Assembly: GCA_021806135.1 (NCBI GenBank)
Contig: JAJZYB010000006.1
Location: forward strand, 7,735 to 71,734
Length of the DNA stretch: 64,000 nt
Reading direction: 5' to 3'
DNA from: Thermoplasmata archaeon
GTDB lineage: Archaea; Thermoplasmatota; Thermoplasmata; Lutacidiplasmatales; UBA184
Part shown: positions 27,647 through 37,100 of the stretch, in pieces
Layout of the letters: each line of letters begins with the position of its first letter
Position numbering within the stretch: the stretch's first letter is position 1
Translations under genes and position numbers: made by a program
The notes under the pieces: generated by a model
Database searches by the model: none
Told to the model about the DNA's origin: nothing
The model's input: the letters and a program-made list of their open reading frames with translations, nothing else

Positions 27647-28965
27647 GCCCGGCGGAGGCCCTGCCTGGGGCGTCCTCCCCCTCGGTCCGGTCCCCCGGAG
27701 GAGGACAGACCCTCGCTGAGAAGATCCTGGCCCGGGCCTGCGGGAACCCTTCCGTGGTCCCGGGGCAGATCGTGGTGGGTCAGGTGGACCTGGCCATGGC
27801 CCACGAACAAGGGGCCCAGGCGATATTGCCCTTCCACCAGATGGGGGCCGAACGGGTCTGGGACCCGGAGCGGGTGGTCATCGCCATCGACCACTGGGTC
27901 CCAGCGTCCACCGAGGGGGCCGCCACGCTGCACCAGATGCTCCGGCATTTCGCGAAGGAGCAGCACCTCCCCCACTTCTACGACATCGGGCGCCACGGCA
28001 TCTGCCACCAGATTTTGGCGGAGAACGGCTGGGTGGTCCCCGGGGACCTGGCGGTGGGCACGGACTCGCACACGAACATGCTAGGGGCCATGGGCGCCTT
28101 CGCCGTGGGGATCGGCCCCACCGAGTACGCGGCGGTCCTGGCCACCGGGAAGATCTGGCTCAAGGTCCCCCCCACCCTCCGCCTCACCGCGGACGGGCGC
28201 CTGGGAAAGGGGGTCTACGCGAAGGACCTCGTCCTCCGTCTCCTCGGCGAGGTGAAGGTCACCGGGGCGACCTACAAGGCCGTGGAGTTCGACGGGGGAA
28301 CCATCCAGGGGCTCTCCATGCCCGAGCGCTTCACCCTCTGCAACATGACCACGGAGATGGGCGCCAAGGCCGGGATGGTCGCCCCGGACGAGAGGACGTT
28401 CCATTATCTGGAGGGCATCGCCAAGCACTCCATGCACCCGGTCGTCCCGGACCGGGACGCCCGGTACGAGCGGGAGGTCCACGTGAATGTGGACGACCTC
28501 GAACCCCAGGTGGCCTGCCCGTACTCCCCGGACAACGTCCGCCCGCTCGCGGAGGTCGCCCGGGAACATGTCCGGATCGACCAGGCCTTCCTCGGTTCGT
28601 GCACCAACGCACGGATGGAGGATCTTCGGGAGGCCGCCGCGATCTTCCGGGGGGAGAAGGTGGCCCCCGGGGTGCGCTTCATCGTCTCCCCGGCCTCCAC
28701 CCGGATCTACCAGGAGTGCCTCAAGGAAGGGCTGGTGGGGGTCTTCACGGATGGCGGGGCCGTCTTCACCAACTCGAGCTGCTCGGCCTGCTTCGGGGGG
28801 AACATGGGCCTCCTCTCTCCTACGGAGGTCTGCGCCTCGAGCTCCAACCGGAACTTCCCGGGCCGGATGGGCGCGAAGGAGGCCCAGATCTACCTCATGT
28901 CCCCCGCCGCGGTGGCGCTCAGTGCGATCCGGGGAGAGGTCGCCGACCCCCGGGAGGTGCTCTGA
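27643..28965 (+). CDS. leuC: 3-isopropylmalate/homoaconitate dehydratase large subunit
   Basis: Aconitase-family motifs (GTDSHT, GSCTNAR, NRNFPGRMG); overlaps upstream stop. Confidence 0.85.
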   Translation: MSPAEALPGASSPSVRSPGGGQTLAEKILARACGNPSVVPGQIVVGQVDLAMAHEQGAQAILPFHQMGAERVWDPERVVIAIDHWVPASTEGAATLHQMLRHFAKEQHLPHFYDIGRHGICHQILAENGWVVPGDLAVGTDSHTNMLGAMGAFAVGIGPTEYAAVLATGKIWLKVPPTLRLTADGRLGKGVYAKDLVLRLLGEVKVTGATYKAVEFDGGTIQGLSMPERFTLCNMTTEMGAKAGMVAPDERTFHYLEGIAKHSMHPVVPDRDARYEREVHVNVDDLEPQVACPYSPDNVRPLAEVAREHVRIDQAFLGSCTNARMEDLREAAAIFRGEKVAPGVRFIVSPASTRIYQECLKEGLVGVFTDGGAVFTNSSCSACFGGNMGLLSPTEVCASSSNRNFPGRMGAKEAQIYLMSPAAVALSAIRGEVADPREVL

Positions 28966-29486
28966 TGGGAACACCGCTCAAGGGCCGGGTCTGGTGCGTG
29001 GGGGATGACCTGGACACGGACCAACTGATCGCCGGCAAGTACCTGACCATCATCGACCCGGAACTGCTCAAGCGCCACGTCCTGGAGAACGTGGAACCCC
29101 GCTTCTCCCAGGAGGCCCGGGTGGGCGACCTCCTGGTGGGGGGGATCAACTTCGGCTGTGGCTCCTCCCGGGAGCATGCCCCGGCGGCCCTCAAGGCCAT
29201 CGGCCTGGGGGCGGTGGTGGCCGATTCCTTCGCGCGGATCTTCTTCCGCAACGCCATCAACCTGGGCCTTCCGGCCGTGGAGGCCCCGGGGGTCCGTGCC
29301 CTCTTCCAGCCGGGGGACCAGGCCGAGGTGGACCTGGAACGCGGGACGGTGGAGAACCGCACCCGGGGGGGCTCGGTCCGTTTCGAGCCCTTCCCGAAGC
29401 ACCTGAAGGAGATCCTGGAGGCTGGCGGTCTCGTGGAGAAGGTGCGGCGGGAGCTCCATCCACCGGCCCCGGGAGCCGCTCCGTGA
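28965..29486 (+). CDS. leuD: 3-isopropylmalate/homoaconitate dehydratase small subunit
   Basis: MGTPLKGRVWCVGDDLDTDQLI...GINFGCGSSREHA swivel-domain motifs; ATG overlaps leuC TGA (ATGA). Confidence 0.85.
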   Translation: MGTPLKGRVWCVGDDLDTDQLIAGKYLTIIDPELLKRHVLENVEPRFSQEARVGDLLVGGINFGCGSSREHAPAALKAIGLGAVVADSFARIFFRNAINLGLPAVEAPGVRALFQPGDQAEVDLERGTVENRTRGGSVRFEPFPKHLKEILEAGGLVEKVRRELHPPAPGAAP

Positions 29487-30616
29487 GTCGGGGAAGCTAC
29501 GACGTGGTCCTCCTCCCGGGGGACGGGACCGGACCGGAGGTGATCCGGGAGGGACGAAAGGTCCTCCAGGCGCTCGAGCTCTCCGGAACGCCCTCCCTCC
29601 GCCTCACCGAGGTGGCCTGCGGGGCCCAGTATTACCAGCGGACGGGGTCGGAGTGGGAGCCCGGGGGGCTCGAGCGCGCGCGGAGGGCCGACGCCATCCT
29701 CCTGGGGGCCGTGGGGTGGCCGGGGGTGAACCTTCCGGACGGCAACATCGCCGGCTTCGGGGTGGTCTTCGGCCTGCGCCTGGGGCTCGACCTGTATGCC
29801 AACGAGCGGCCCTGCCGCCTCTATCCCGGGGTGAAGCACCGGCTGGGAGGGGCCTTCACCCAGATCTGGGAGCCGGGGAAGGTGGACGTGCTCTTCTTCC
29901 GGGAGAACACCGAGGGGCTCTACACCCCGGCCCACGGGGAGCTGACCCGGGGGGGGACCACCGAGGTGGCGATCGACACCCGCGTGATCACCCGGAAGGG
30001 GAGCGAGCGGATCATCCGGCGTGCCTTCGAGGCCGCCCGGTCCCTTCCCCGGGGAGCCCCGGAGGACGGCGTCCGTCGGGTCACCTGTGTGGACAAAGCG
30101 AACGTGCTCCGGGGCTGCCAGTTCTTCCGGAAGGTCTTCGACGAGGTGGGATCGGAGTACCCGGACATCGCCCGCGAGTACGCGTATGTCGACGCGTTCA
30201 CCCAGTGGCTCATCCGCTCCCCCGAGCATTACCAGGTGGTGGTCACCACCAACCTGTTCGGGGACATCGTGACGGACCTGGCCGCCAGCCTGCAGGGGGG
30301 CCTCGGATTCGCCGCAGGGGGGAACGTGGGGGACCACCACGGCATGTTCGAGCCTGTCCACGGCTCCGCCCCCAAGTATGCCGGGAAGAACCAGGTGAAC
30401 CCTTTCGCCACGTTCCAGGCGGTGGGGATGATGCTCCGTTGGCTCGGGCGGGAGCACCAGGAGGACCGGCTGCGGGAGTCGGCCGAACGGTTGGAGCTCG
30501 CCATCTCCCGGGTGCTCGCCGCCGGGAGCGCCCGGACCTACGACCAGGGAGGGCACGTCACCACCGCGGAAGCGGGGGACCGGGTGGTGGAGGCGCTCGG
30601 CGAGGAACGACGATGA
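29483..30616 (+). CDS. leuB: 3-isopropylmalate/homoisocitrate dehydrogenase family
   Basis: Isocitrate/isopropylmalate DH family; VVLLPGDGTGPEV, NLFGDIVTDLAASLQGGLG; overlaps neighbours by 4 nt. Confidence 0.8.
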   Translation: MSRGSYDVVLLPGDGTGPEVIREGRKVLQALELSGTPSLRLTEVACGAQYYQRTGSEWEPGGLERARRADAILLGAVGWPGVNLPDGNIAGFGVVFGLRLGLDLYANERPCRLYPGVKHRLGGAFTQIWEPGKVDVLFFRENTEGLYTPAHGELTRGGTTEVAIDTRVITRKGSERIIRRAFEAARSLPRGAPEDGVRRVTCVDKANVLRGCQFFRKVFDEVGSEYPDIAREYAYVDAFTQWLIRSPEHYQVVVTTNLFGDIVTDLAASLQGGLGFAAGGNVGDHHGMFEPVHGSAPKYAGKNQVNPFATFQAVGMMLRWLGREHQEDRLRESAERLELAISRVLAAGSARTYDQGGHVTTAEAGDRVVEALGEERR

Positions 30617-31797
30617 ACGGCCCGTTGCGCAGGGTGGCCTTGGTCGGGGGGGGCATCACTCCCTTCGGCGTGCGCGCCGCCACCTTCCCCGAGCTCATCC
30701 AGGAGGCAGGCGCCCGGGGGTTCGGGAGCCTGCCGAACCTCGCGCCGGAGGACGTGGACAGCCTTTTCGTCGGCGCCGCCCAGCCCGAACGGCTGGCCTT
30801 CCAGTCCCACGTGGCCCCCCTGGCGGCGGAACTCCTCGGGCTCACCCCGACCCGGGTGATCCAGCGGACAGAGCTCGCCTGCGCCTCCGGCCAATCGGCG
30901 CTGCGCAGCGCCTACGCCGCCATCGCCTCGGGGCTCTCCGACCTGGCCGTGGTCCTCGGGGTGGAGAAGATGAACCTGCCGGACATGGCGGAGGCGAACA
31001 CCTCCATGGCGGACGTGCTGGACCGTCCCTGGGACGGGGTCCACGGGGCCACGGCCCCTCCCTTCTTCGCCATGGTCGCGCAGCGGCACATGCACGAGTA
31101 CGGCACGACCGAGGAACAGCTCGCCTTGGTCTCGGAAAAGAACCACCGGTTCGCGAACCGGAACCCCACGGCCCAGTTCCAGGGGAAGGTCTTCACCCGG
31201 GAGAAGCTCCGGGGACTCCCGGTGGTGGCCCCTCCCCTCCGGCTGGGGGACTGCTCCTCCATGACCGACGGGGCCGCGCTCGCGGTCCTCGTGGAGGGGT
31301 CCCGGGCGCGGGAGTTCACCGATACGCCGGCCTGGCTGGTGGGAAGCGCCCAGTGCTCGACCTTCCACAACCTCGCCCACGCCGGCTCCCTCTCCTCCTG
31401 GGAGGGGCTGCGGAAGGCGGGCCAGGAGCTCTACCGGAGCTCCGGGCTGGGCCCGAAGGACGTCCAGGTCGCCGAACTGCACGACTGCTTCACCATCTCG
31501 GAGATCGTCGAGTACGAGGAGCTGGGGTTCTGCCCGAAGGGAGAGGGGGGGCGCTTCGTGGAGGAGGGGCAGAGCGACCTCGGCGGACGGGTGACGGTGA
31601 ACCCTCGGGGCGGGCTCCTGGGATGCGGGCATCCGCTCGGCGCCACCGGCGTCGCCCAGGCGGTGGAGATCCTCGGCCAGCTCCAGGGAACGGCCCCCTC
31701 CGGCCGACAGGTCCCCGGTGCCGCGGTGGCCCTCCAGCACAACCTCTCCGGTAGCGCCAACGTCCATTCCCTGCTGCTCTGGCGGAGGGAGAATTGA
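30613..31797 (+). CDS. Archaeal thiolase-like protein (acetyl-CoA C-acetyltransferase/ketoacyl-CoA thiolase family)
   Basis: RVALVGGGITPFG..., Cys active-site region ELACASGQSAL, C-terminal GCGHPLGATG; start overlaps leuB stop. Confidence 0.75.
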   Translation: MNGPLRRVALVGGGITPFGVRAATFPELIQEAGARGFGSLPNLAPEDVDSLFVGAAQPERLAFQSHVAPLAAELLGLTPTRVIQRTELACASGQSALRSAYAAIASGLSDLAVVLGVEKMNLPDMAEANTSMADVLDRPWDGVHGATAPPFFAMVAQRHMHEYGTTEEQLALVSEKNHRFANRNPTAQFQGKVFTREKLRGLPVVAPPLRLGDCSSMTDGAALAVLVEGSRAREFTDTPAWLVGSAQCSTFHNLAHAGSLSSWEGLRKAGQELYRSSGLGPKDVQVAELHDCFTISEIVEYEELGFCPKGEGGRFVEEGQSDLGGRVTVNPRGGLLGCGHPLGATGVAQAVEILGQLQGTAPSGRQVPGAAVALQHNLSGSANVHSLLLWRREN

Positions 31798-32357
31798 CGG
31801 CGAGCACTCCTTCTGGCCAGTCGTCTGGGGCTGGGGGGGATGCCGGGACGACCCTCCCCCGGAGCGACGCGCTCGCCTCCGAGCGCCCTCCCCGTCGGGA
31901 GGAGCCCCCGGACCCCTCTCCACTGACGCTGTTGGACTTCTACCCCCCCCAGGACCCGCGATGGACGCGGATCGCCCCGTTCTTCTTGGCCCTCAAGGAC
32001 GGACGATTCACCACCACCCGGTGCACCCGGGATGGGACATTCCACTGGCCCCCCGCCGTGGCCTGCCCAAAATGTCACCGGGAGGAGCTTCAGTGGGTGG
32101 ACCTGCCCACCCACGGACGGCTCTACGCTTTCAGCGAGGTCCGGGGAGGGGCTCCGCTCGGCATGGAGGGGGGAGTTCCTTTCGTGGTGGGCCTCGTGGA
32201 CCTCCCCGGGGCTCCCCTCCGGCTCTTCAGCCGGATCGTGGGCCGGCCCTATGCCGAGCTTGCCCTGGGGGAGCCGGTCCGGTTCGAGACCTTCCCGATC
32301 CGGGACGGCCGCCTCTTCTACCGGTTCCGCGCGGGTGGGGAGCCGGCCACCCGTTGA
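31794..32357 (+). CDS. DUF35-type OB-fold/zinc-ribbon protein (thiolase/HMG-CoA synthase-associated scaffold protein family)
   Basis: CTRDGTFHWPPAVACPKCH zinc ribbon followed by OB-fold-like segment; immediately downstream of and overlapping the thiolase, as in archaeal thiolase-DUF35 pairs. Confidence 0.65.
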   Translation: MTASTPSGQSSGAGGDAGTTLPRSDALASERPPRREEPPDPSPLTLLDFYPPQDPRWTRIAPFFLALKDGRFTTTRCTRDGTFHWPPAVACPKCHREELQWVDLPTHGRLYAFSEVRGGAPLGMEGGVPFVVGLVDLPGAPLRLFSRIVGRPYAELALGEPVRFETFPIRDGRLFYRFRAGGEPATR

Positions 32358-32472
32358 GACGGTGTGGCATACCGTCCAACTTTCCGGCCCGGTTCAGGAA
32401 CCGTCTCTCAAGAGCCCCCGGCCCTCCTCTCGGCCGGGCCCGGGAGGGCCCAGGGAAGGAAGGACCAGGAAC

Positions 32473-33900
32473 ATGAACGCCATGAGCATGCCCAGAACGA
32501 CCACCCTCGCGCTGGCGGGCCTCCTGCTGCTGGGGATCGCACTTCCCCTGGTGTCGGCGAGCCCCGCCCCCGCGCTGAACCCCTCGAACCCGCCGCAGAC
32601 CTGGGCCTATGGGGGCCAGGGAGTCTTCAACGAAAAGATCTCCACCAGCGGGTTGGTGAACGCCAGCTACACCGTCCATGCGTACCTGGCCTTCAGCGTG
32701 GTCCTGACCCAGACCAACACCACCAACCAGACGTTCACTCTCGAGGCGGTCCGGACGGTGGACCTGAGCTTCTTCGCACAGGGATGTTCGCCCAACTGCG
32801 TCCAGCCCCAGCGGGAGCTCAACGTCTCCCTGATCGGGAGCGAGCGCGACCGGCTCTTCGGGAACTTCACGCTCGCGGGGAACGTCACCGAGAACGGCAC
32901 GCAGGTTCCTGCCCTGGCGATCCTGAACGCCCAGGCGCACCTGGGCGCGAACCTGACCGAGAGGGGCCAATGGACTCTCTCCCGGCTGGGATTCGCCTCC
33001 AACGGGAGCGTCTTCCTGAGCGCCCAACGGGCGGCGCAGGGCAGCCTGGTCTTCTCCCCCGGGCTCGGCCTGGTCCCGCTCAGCCTGTCCCCGGACACCC
33101 ACTGGAACTCCACGAGCGAGTACGCCTCCCAGGGGAACGATTCGGTGGCCTGCCAGTGGTCGGTGGTGCTCGGAAGCCGCAGCAACGCCGGGAACTGCAG
33201 CGCCACCCACCAGCTCCTCTCCAACGGGACCGTCCGCCTGAACGGGGAAGACCGGGGGGCCTCGGGCCTCGTCTTCGGCCATGCGCACGCCCGGGCCCTT
33301 TCCCTCGAGGTGGAAGGGCTTGGGGGATGGCGGAGCACCGACGGGCTCCTCTTCCTCCCGGGGTCCGAGGAACTCTGGGATGACAGCAGCCTCGGGCCGG
33401 TGAGCGCCGGTTTCGCTTCCCTCGCCACCAGTCAGGTGGACTACGAAGGCGGGCTCGGGCACCTGGGGATCATTGCGTCCAGTGCGCTCTACCAAGGCAT
33501 CCTCCCGACCGGGATCCCCGGCGGGGGTGCCGGATCTGCCGCGCCCAGCGCCGCCGTGCTCCCTGCGACCTCACCGGCGTGGACCGTGAACGCGACCCCG
33601 GAGAGCGTCCAGCAGGCCCAGTGCGTGTCGACCGGCTGCGCTCAAGGCACCGCCCCCGGGCCCTCCTACGCGGGAGGGTTCGGGCTTCCGCTGGGGCTGC
33701 TCGCGCTGGCCGGGGCCGGCGCGCTCGCGGGGGTTGTGGCGGCCGTCCTCCTGCTCACCCGCCGGCCGCCTCGGAGCCCGATGGGGGCGTACTCCACCCG
33801 CCCGCCCTCAGCCTTCCTGCTGAACGGACGGATAGCCCCCCCCGCACCAGGCTCGCCCGTCCCTCCGCCGGCGGGGCCGGCCCGGGAGGCTCGGCGCTGA
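32473..33900 (+). CDS. Secreted, tail-anchored surface glycoprotein (hypothetical)
   Basis: Signal peptide MNAMSMPRTTTLALAGLLLLGIALPLVSASPA, ~20 N-x-S/T sequons, C-terminal TM (LGLLALAGAGALAGVVAAVLLL) plus basic residues. Confidence 0.55.
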   Translation: MNAMSMPRTTTLALAGLLLLGIALPLVSASPAPALNPSNPPQTWAYGGQGVFNEKISTSGLVNASYTVHAYLAFSVVLTQTNTTNQTFTLEAVRTVDLSFFAQGCSPNCVQPQRELNVSLIGSERDRLFGNFTLAGNVTENGTQVPALAILNAQAHLGANLTERGQWTLSRLGFASNGSVFLSAQRAAQGSLVFSPGLGLVPLSLSPDTHWNSTSEYASQGNDSVACQWSVVLGSRSNAGNCSATHQLLSNGTVRLNGEDRGASGLVFGHAHARALSLEVEGLGGWRSTDGLLFLPGSEELWDDSSLGPVSAGFASLATSQVDYEGGLGHLGIIASSALYQGILPTGIPGGGAGSAAPSAAVLPATSPAWTVNATPESVQQAQCVSTGCAQGTAPGPSYAGGFGLPLGLLALAGAGALAGVVAAVLLLTRRPPRSPMGAYSTRPPSAFLLNGRIAPPAPGSPVPPPAGPAREARR

Positions 33901-33918
33901 ACGGCGAAGGCGTGAGGG

Positions 33919-34016
33919 CCCCGGGCGTCTCCCGGGGCAAACCCTTTCCCTCTTCTTACCTTCCCTTCCTGCCGGGCAGACCCGGGCGATCTGCCCGGGG
34001 AGACACGCCGGGGGGC
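33919..34016 (+). other. Nested inverted repeats (long imperfect hairpin enclosing a 9-bp inner hairpin) between surface-protein gene and aglB
   Basis: CCCGGGCGTCTCCCGGGG ... GCCGGGCAGA-cccgggcga-TCTGCCCGG ... CCCGGGGAGACACGCCGGGGGG; pyrimidine-rich tract between the arms. Confidence 0.4.
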
Positions 34017-34085
34017 CAGGGCCGTTCCCCCGTGACCTGTCGGGACATGGCGTGGTCGCTTCCTCTCGATAAAACAGCTCCAAAG

Positions 34086-34093
34086 TATAAATA
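34086..34093 (+). promoter_or_regulatory. TATA box (TATAAATA) with upstream A-rich BRE-like sequence, ~50 nt upstream of aglB start
   Basis: Only AT-rich octamer in an otherwise ~70% GC intergenic region. Confidence 0.45.
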
Positions 34094-34140
34094 TCGGGTC
34101 GGGTCTCGCGCGCCTCGATCCCCTCTCAGGTTCCAACTTC

Positions 34141-37100
34141 ATGGTCGATTCCATTGATGGCAGCGGGGGGTGGTGGCGACGCCACGGCCTGGTGGTCTTC
34201 CTCCTGGCCCTGGCCGCCTCCATCTCGCTCATCCTCCGGGTCCTGTACTCCTACCAGCTGATCTCCACCTGTGACGTCTACTATTGCTTCGCCGGGGGAT
34301 CGGACTCCTTCTACCACGCCCGGGTGATGCAGTACATCATCACCTACCACACGAACCTCATCCACGACGCGGCGCTGAACTACCCGTTGGGCTACACCAA
34401 CCCCCGGGAACCGCTGTTCGACTGGATGAACGCCATCTTCGGGATCCTGCTCGCCCCGTTCTTCGGCGGGAACGCGGTCCAGGCGGGAATGTGGGTCCTC
34501 GAGATGCAGCCGGCGATATGGGCCGCCCTCGGGGTCTTCCCCGTCTACCTGCTGGGGAAGGAGGTCTCGTCCCGGCGGATGGGGGTCGTCGCCGCCCTCC
34601 TCTTCCCCCTCATCGTGGGGAACATGGAGAGCACGGTGGCGACCTATGCCAATTACCTGTCCTTCTACGCGTTCTTCGTGGTCCTTTCCCTGGCCCTCTT
34701 CATCCATACGGCCAAGCTCGCGGGGACCCGCCGCTGGGTGGAGAGCTACCGGTCCCCCCGGGCGGTCTGGGCGGGGCTGAAGGCGTTCGCCCGGACCGAG
34801 GAGATGTCCGTCCGCTGGGCGGTCCTCACCGGCGTCACCCTGGGCGCCACCATGCTCGCCTGGCAGGGGTATACCTACGTGGTGGCCGTGGTGGTGATCT
34901 TCCTGGCCGTCGTCCTGGTGGTGGAACGCATCCGGGGCCTGGACTCCTTCGGCCTCTACGTGGTGACGCTCATCGTGGGCACCGTGGGCTTCCTCATGGC
35001 CATGCCCTACTACTACATCCAGGGGGACTTCGGGTACTGGTTCACCGTCCCGCTCTTCCTCTGGTTCGGCGGGCTGTTGGTGCTCCTGCCCTTCCTCTTC
35101 CTGAGGAACGCCCCCTGGGTGGTCTCCGTGCCTGCGCTCTTCCTCTCCGTCCTGGCCGCGGCCGGGGGCCTCTACCTGTACAACCCCGCGTACTTCAGCG
35201 CGGTGCTCACCGGGCAGGGCTACTTCATCAAGAGCCTCATCTACTCCACCGTCGCCGAGGCGCAGGCCCCGAGCTTCGACGCGCTCATCGTGAGCTACGG
35301 GGTGCTCACCTTCTTCCTGGCCTTCGCGGGGCTTGCGCTGTTCCTCTACTATCTCTACGCCCACCGGTTCCGCCGGGAGCACGTCTTCATGGTGATCTTC
35401 AGCCTGCTGGGGATCTACCTCCCGGTCTCGGCGGCGAAGTTCTTCCTCTTAGGATCGCCGGTCTTCGCCCTCCTCCCGGCGGAGGTCGTCCTGGTGGGGA
35501 TCGACCGGCTGGGCCTCCCGCAGATGCGCCGGAACTTCGCCTCCCTCGGGGGAAGGGGGAACCGCTGGCTCGCCCTCCGCCGCTCGGTGAAGCTCCGTCA
35601 CGTGGCGGTGGGCCTCATCCTGATCGCGCTCCTGCTCCCGAACGTCTGGTATGCCACGGACGCGGCCATCCCCTACAACGTGAAGGCCCAGTACAACCAG
35701 CAGGTCTACAACTCGCTTCCGCCGGGGCTGAGGGCCTCTCCCGCGAATGCCACCTCCGCCTACTTCGGCGCCGCGGGGATCCAGGTGGACACTCCCACCC
35801 AGTATGACGAGAGCGGGTACAATTGGTTGGCCCAGCAGGATACGAACATCCTGCCGATCAGTTCGCGTCCCGCCTTCATCAGTTGGTGGGATTACGGGTT
35901 CCAGGCGCTGGATCAGGGCCAGCATCCCACGGTCGCCGACAACTTCCAGGATGGGATCGACCCTTCCGGTAATTTCCTGCTGGCCCAGAACGAGTCAGCC
36001 GCCATCGGGGTCATGGCGGCGGACCTCCTCTACGCCGAGGCCCAGACCTCCGGGAAGCCGTACCTCCCGGCCGCTTTGAACGCGCAACTGGCCAACGACA
36101 ACGTGAACTTGACCCTGCTTCACGCCTACCTGGCCAACCAGACCGCCGACGTGAGGATCGTCCTGGGGAACCCGAACCTCTACGGACCGTTCAACCCTGC
36201 CACCATCAGCCCACTGAGCGCCATGTACAACGTGGTCTCCATCTTCCTGGCCTCCAGCCTCTCGGAGAACCAGGTGGTGAAGGTCTACCAGGACGTCCAG
36301 GCCTACACGGGCTGGAGCATCCGTTACGCCATGTCCAACAGCCTGCTCTTCCCCTCGTCCGGGAGCAACACGGGGATCTTCTACGCCCCGGCGGACCTCA
36401 CCGGCCGGGTGATCAGCTCCGGGGGCATCCCCACGGGATTCTTCCAGGTGACGGTCCTCGGCACGGACGGGAACACCTACATCCTCGGCCAGCAACCCCC
36501 CGGCGTGGGCGTGGCCTCCTACAACATCAGCTACGCCCCCTCGTTCTTCAACAGCATGATCTACCGCTTCTTCGCCGGGTACAACGGGACCGACATCGGT
36601 GCCGGGGCCGGCATCCCCGGGCTGTCGAGCTCGCTGTCGAACTACCAGCCCGAGCCCGGCTGGATGATGCAGCACTTCATGGTGGGGTACCGGACGGCCT
36701 ACTGGTGCCCCTACAAGGACTACCAGGCGCATCCCAACTGCTTCGTCGCGGTGAACTACCAGCAGGCGCTGGCCTACCAGACCGCGGGGATCGGGACGGT
36801 GGACCTCTCGCCGACCTCGTATTACAGCAACGGCGAGACGATCATGGAATACTACCCCGGGGCGACGGTGGTCGGGTCGGTCCGGCTGGCCGACGGGAAG
36901 CCCGCCCCGGGTCTCCGGGTCACCGTGCTGGACCAGTACGGCACCCCCCACATGACCGTCACCACCAACGCCCTGGGCGGCTACTCCCTCATCGCCCCGC
37001 CGGGCCCGGTCTCGGTGGTGGTGAGCTACGGGGCGCTCGACCCGCTCACGCAGGAGGGGGCCTACGTGGTGGCGGAGCAGAACCTCACGATCACCCAGGC

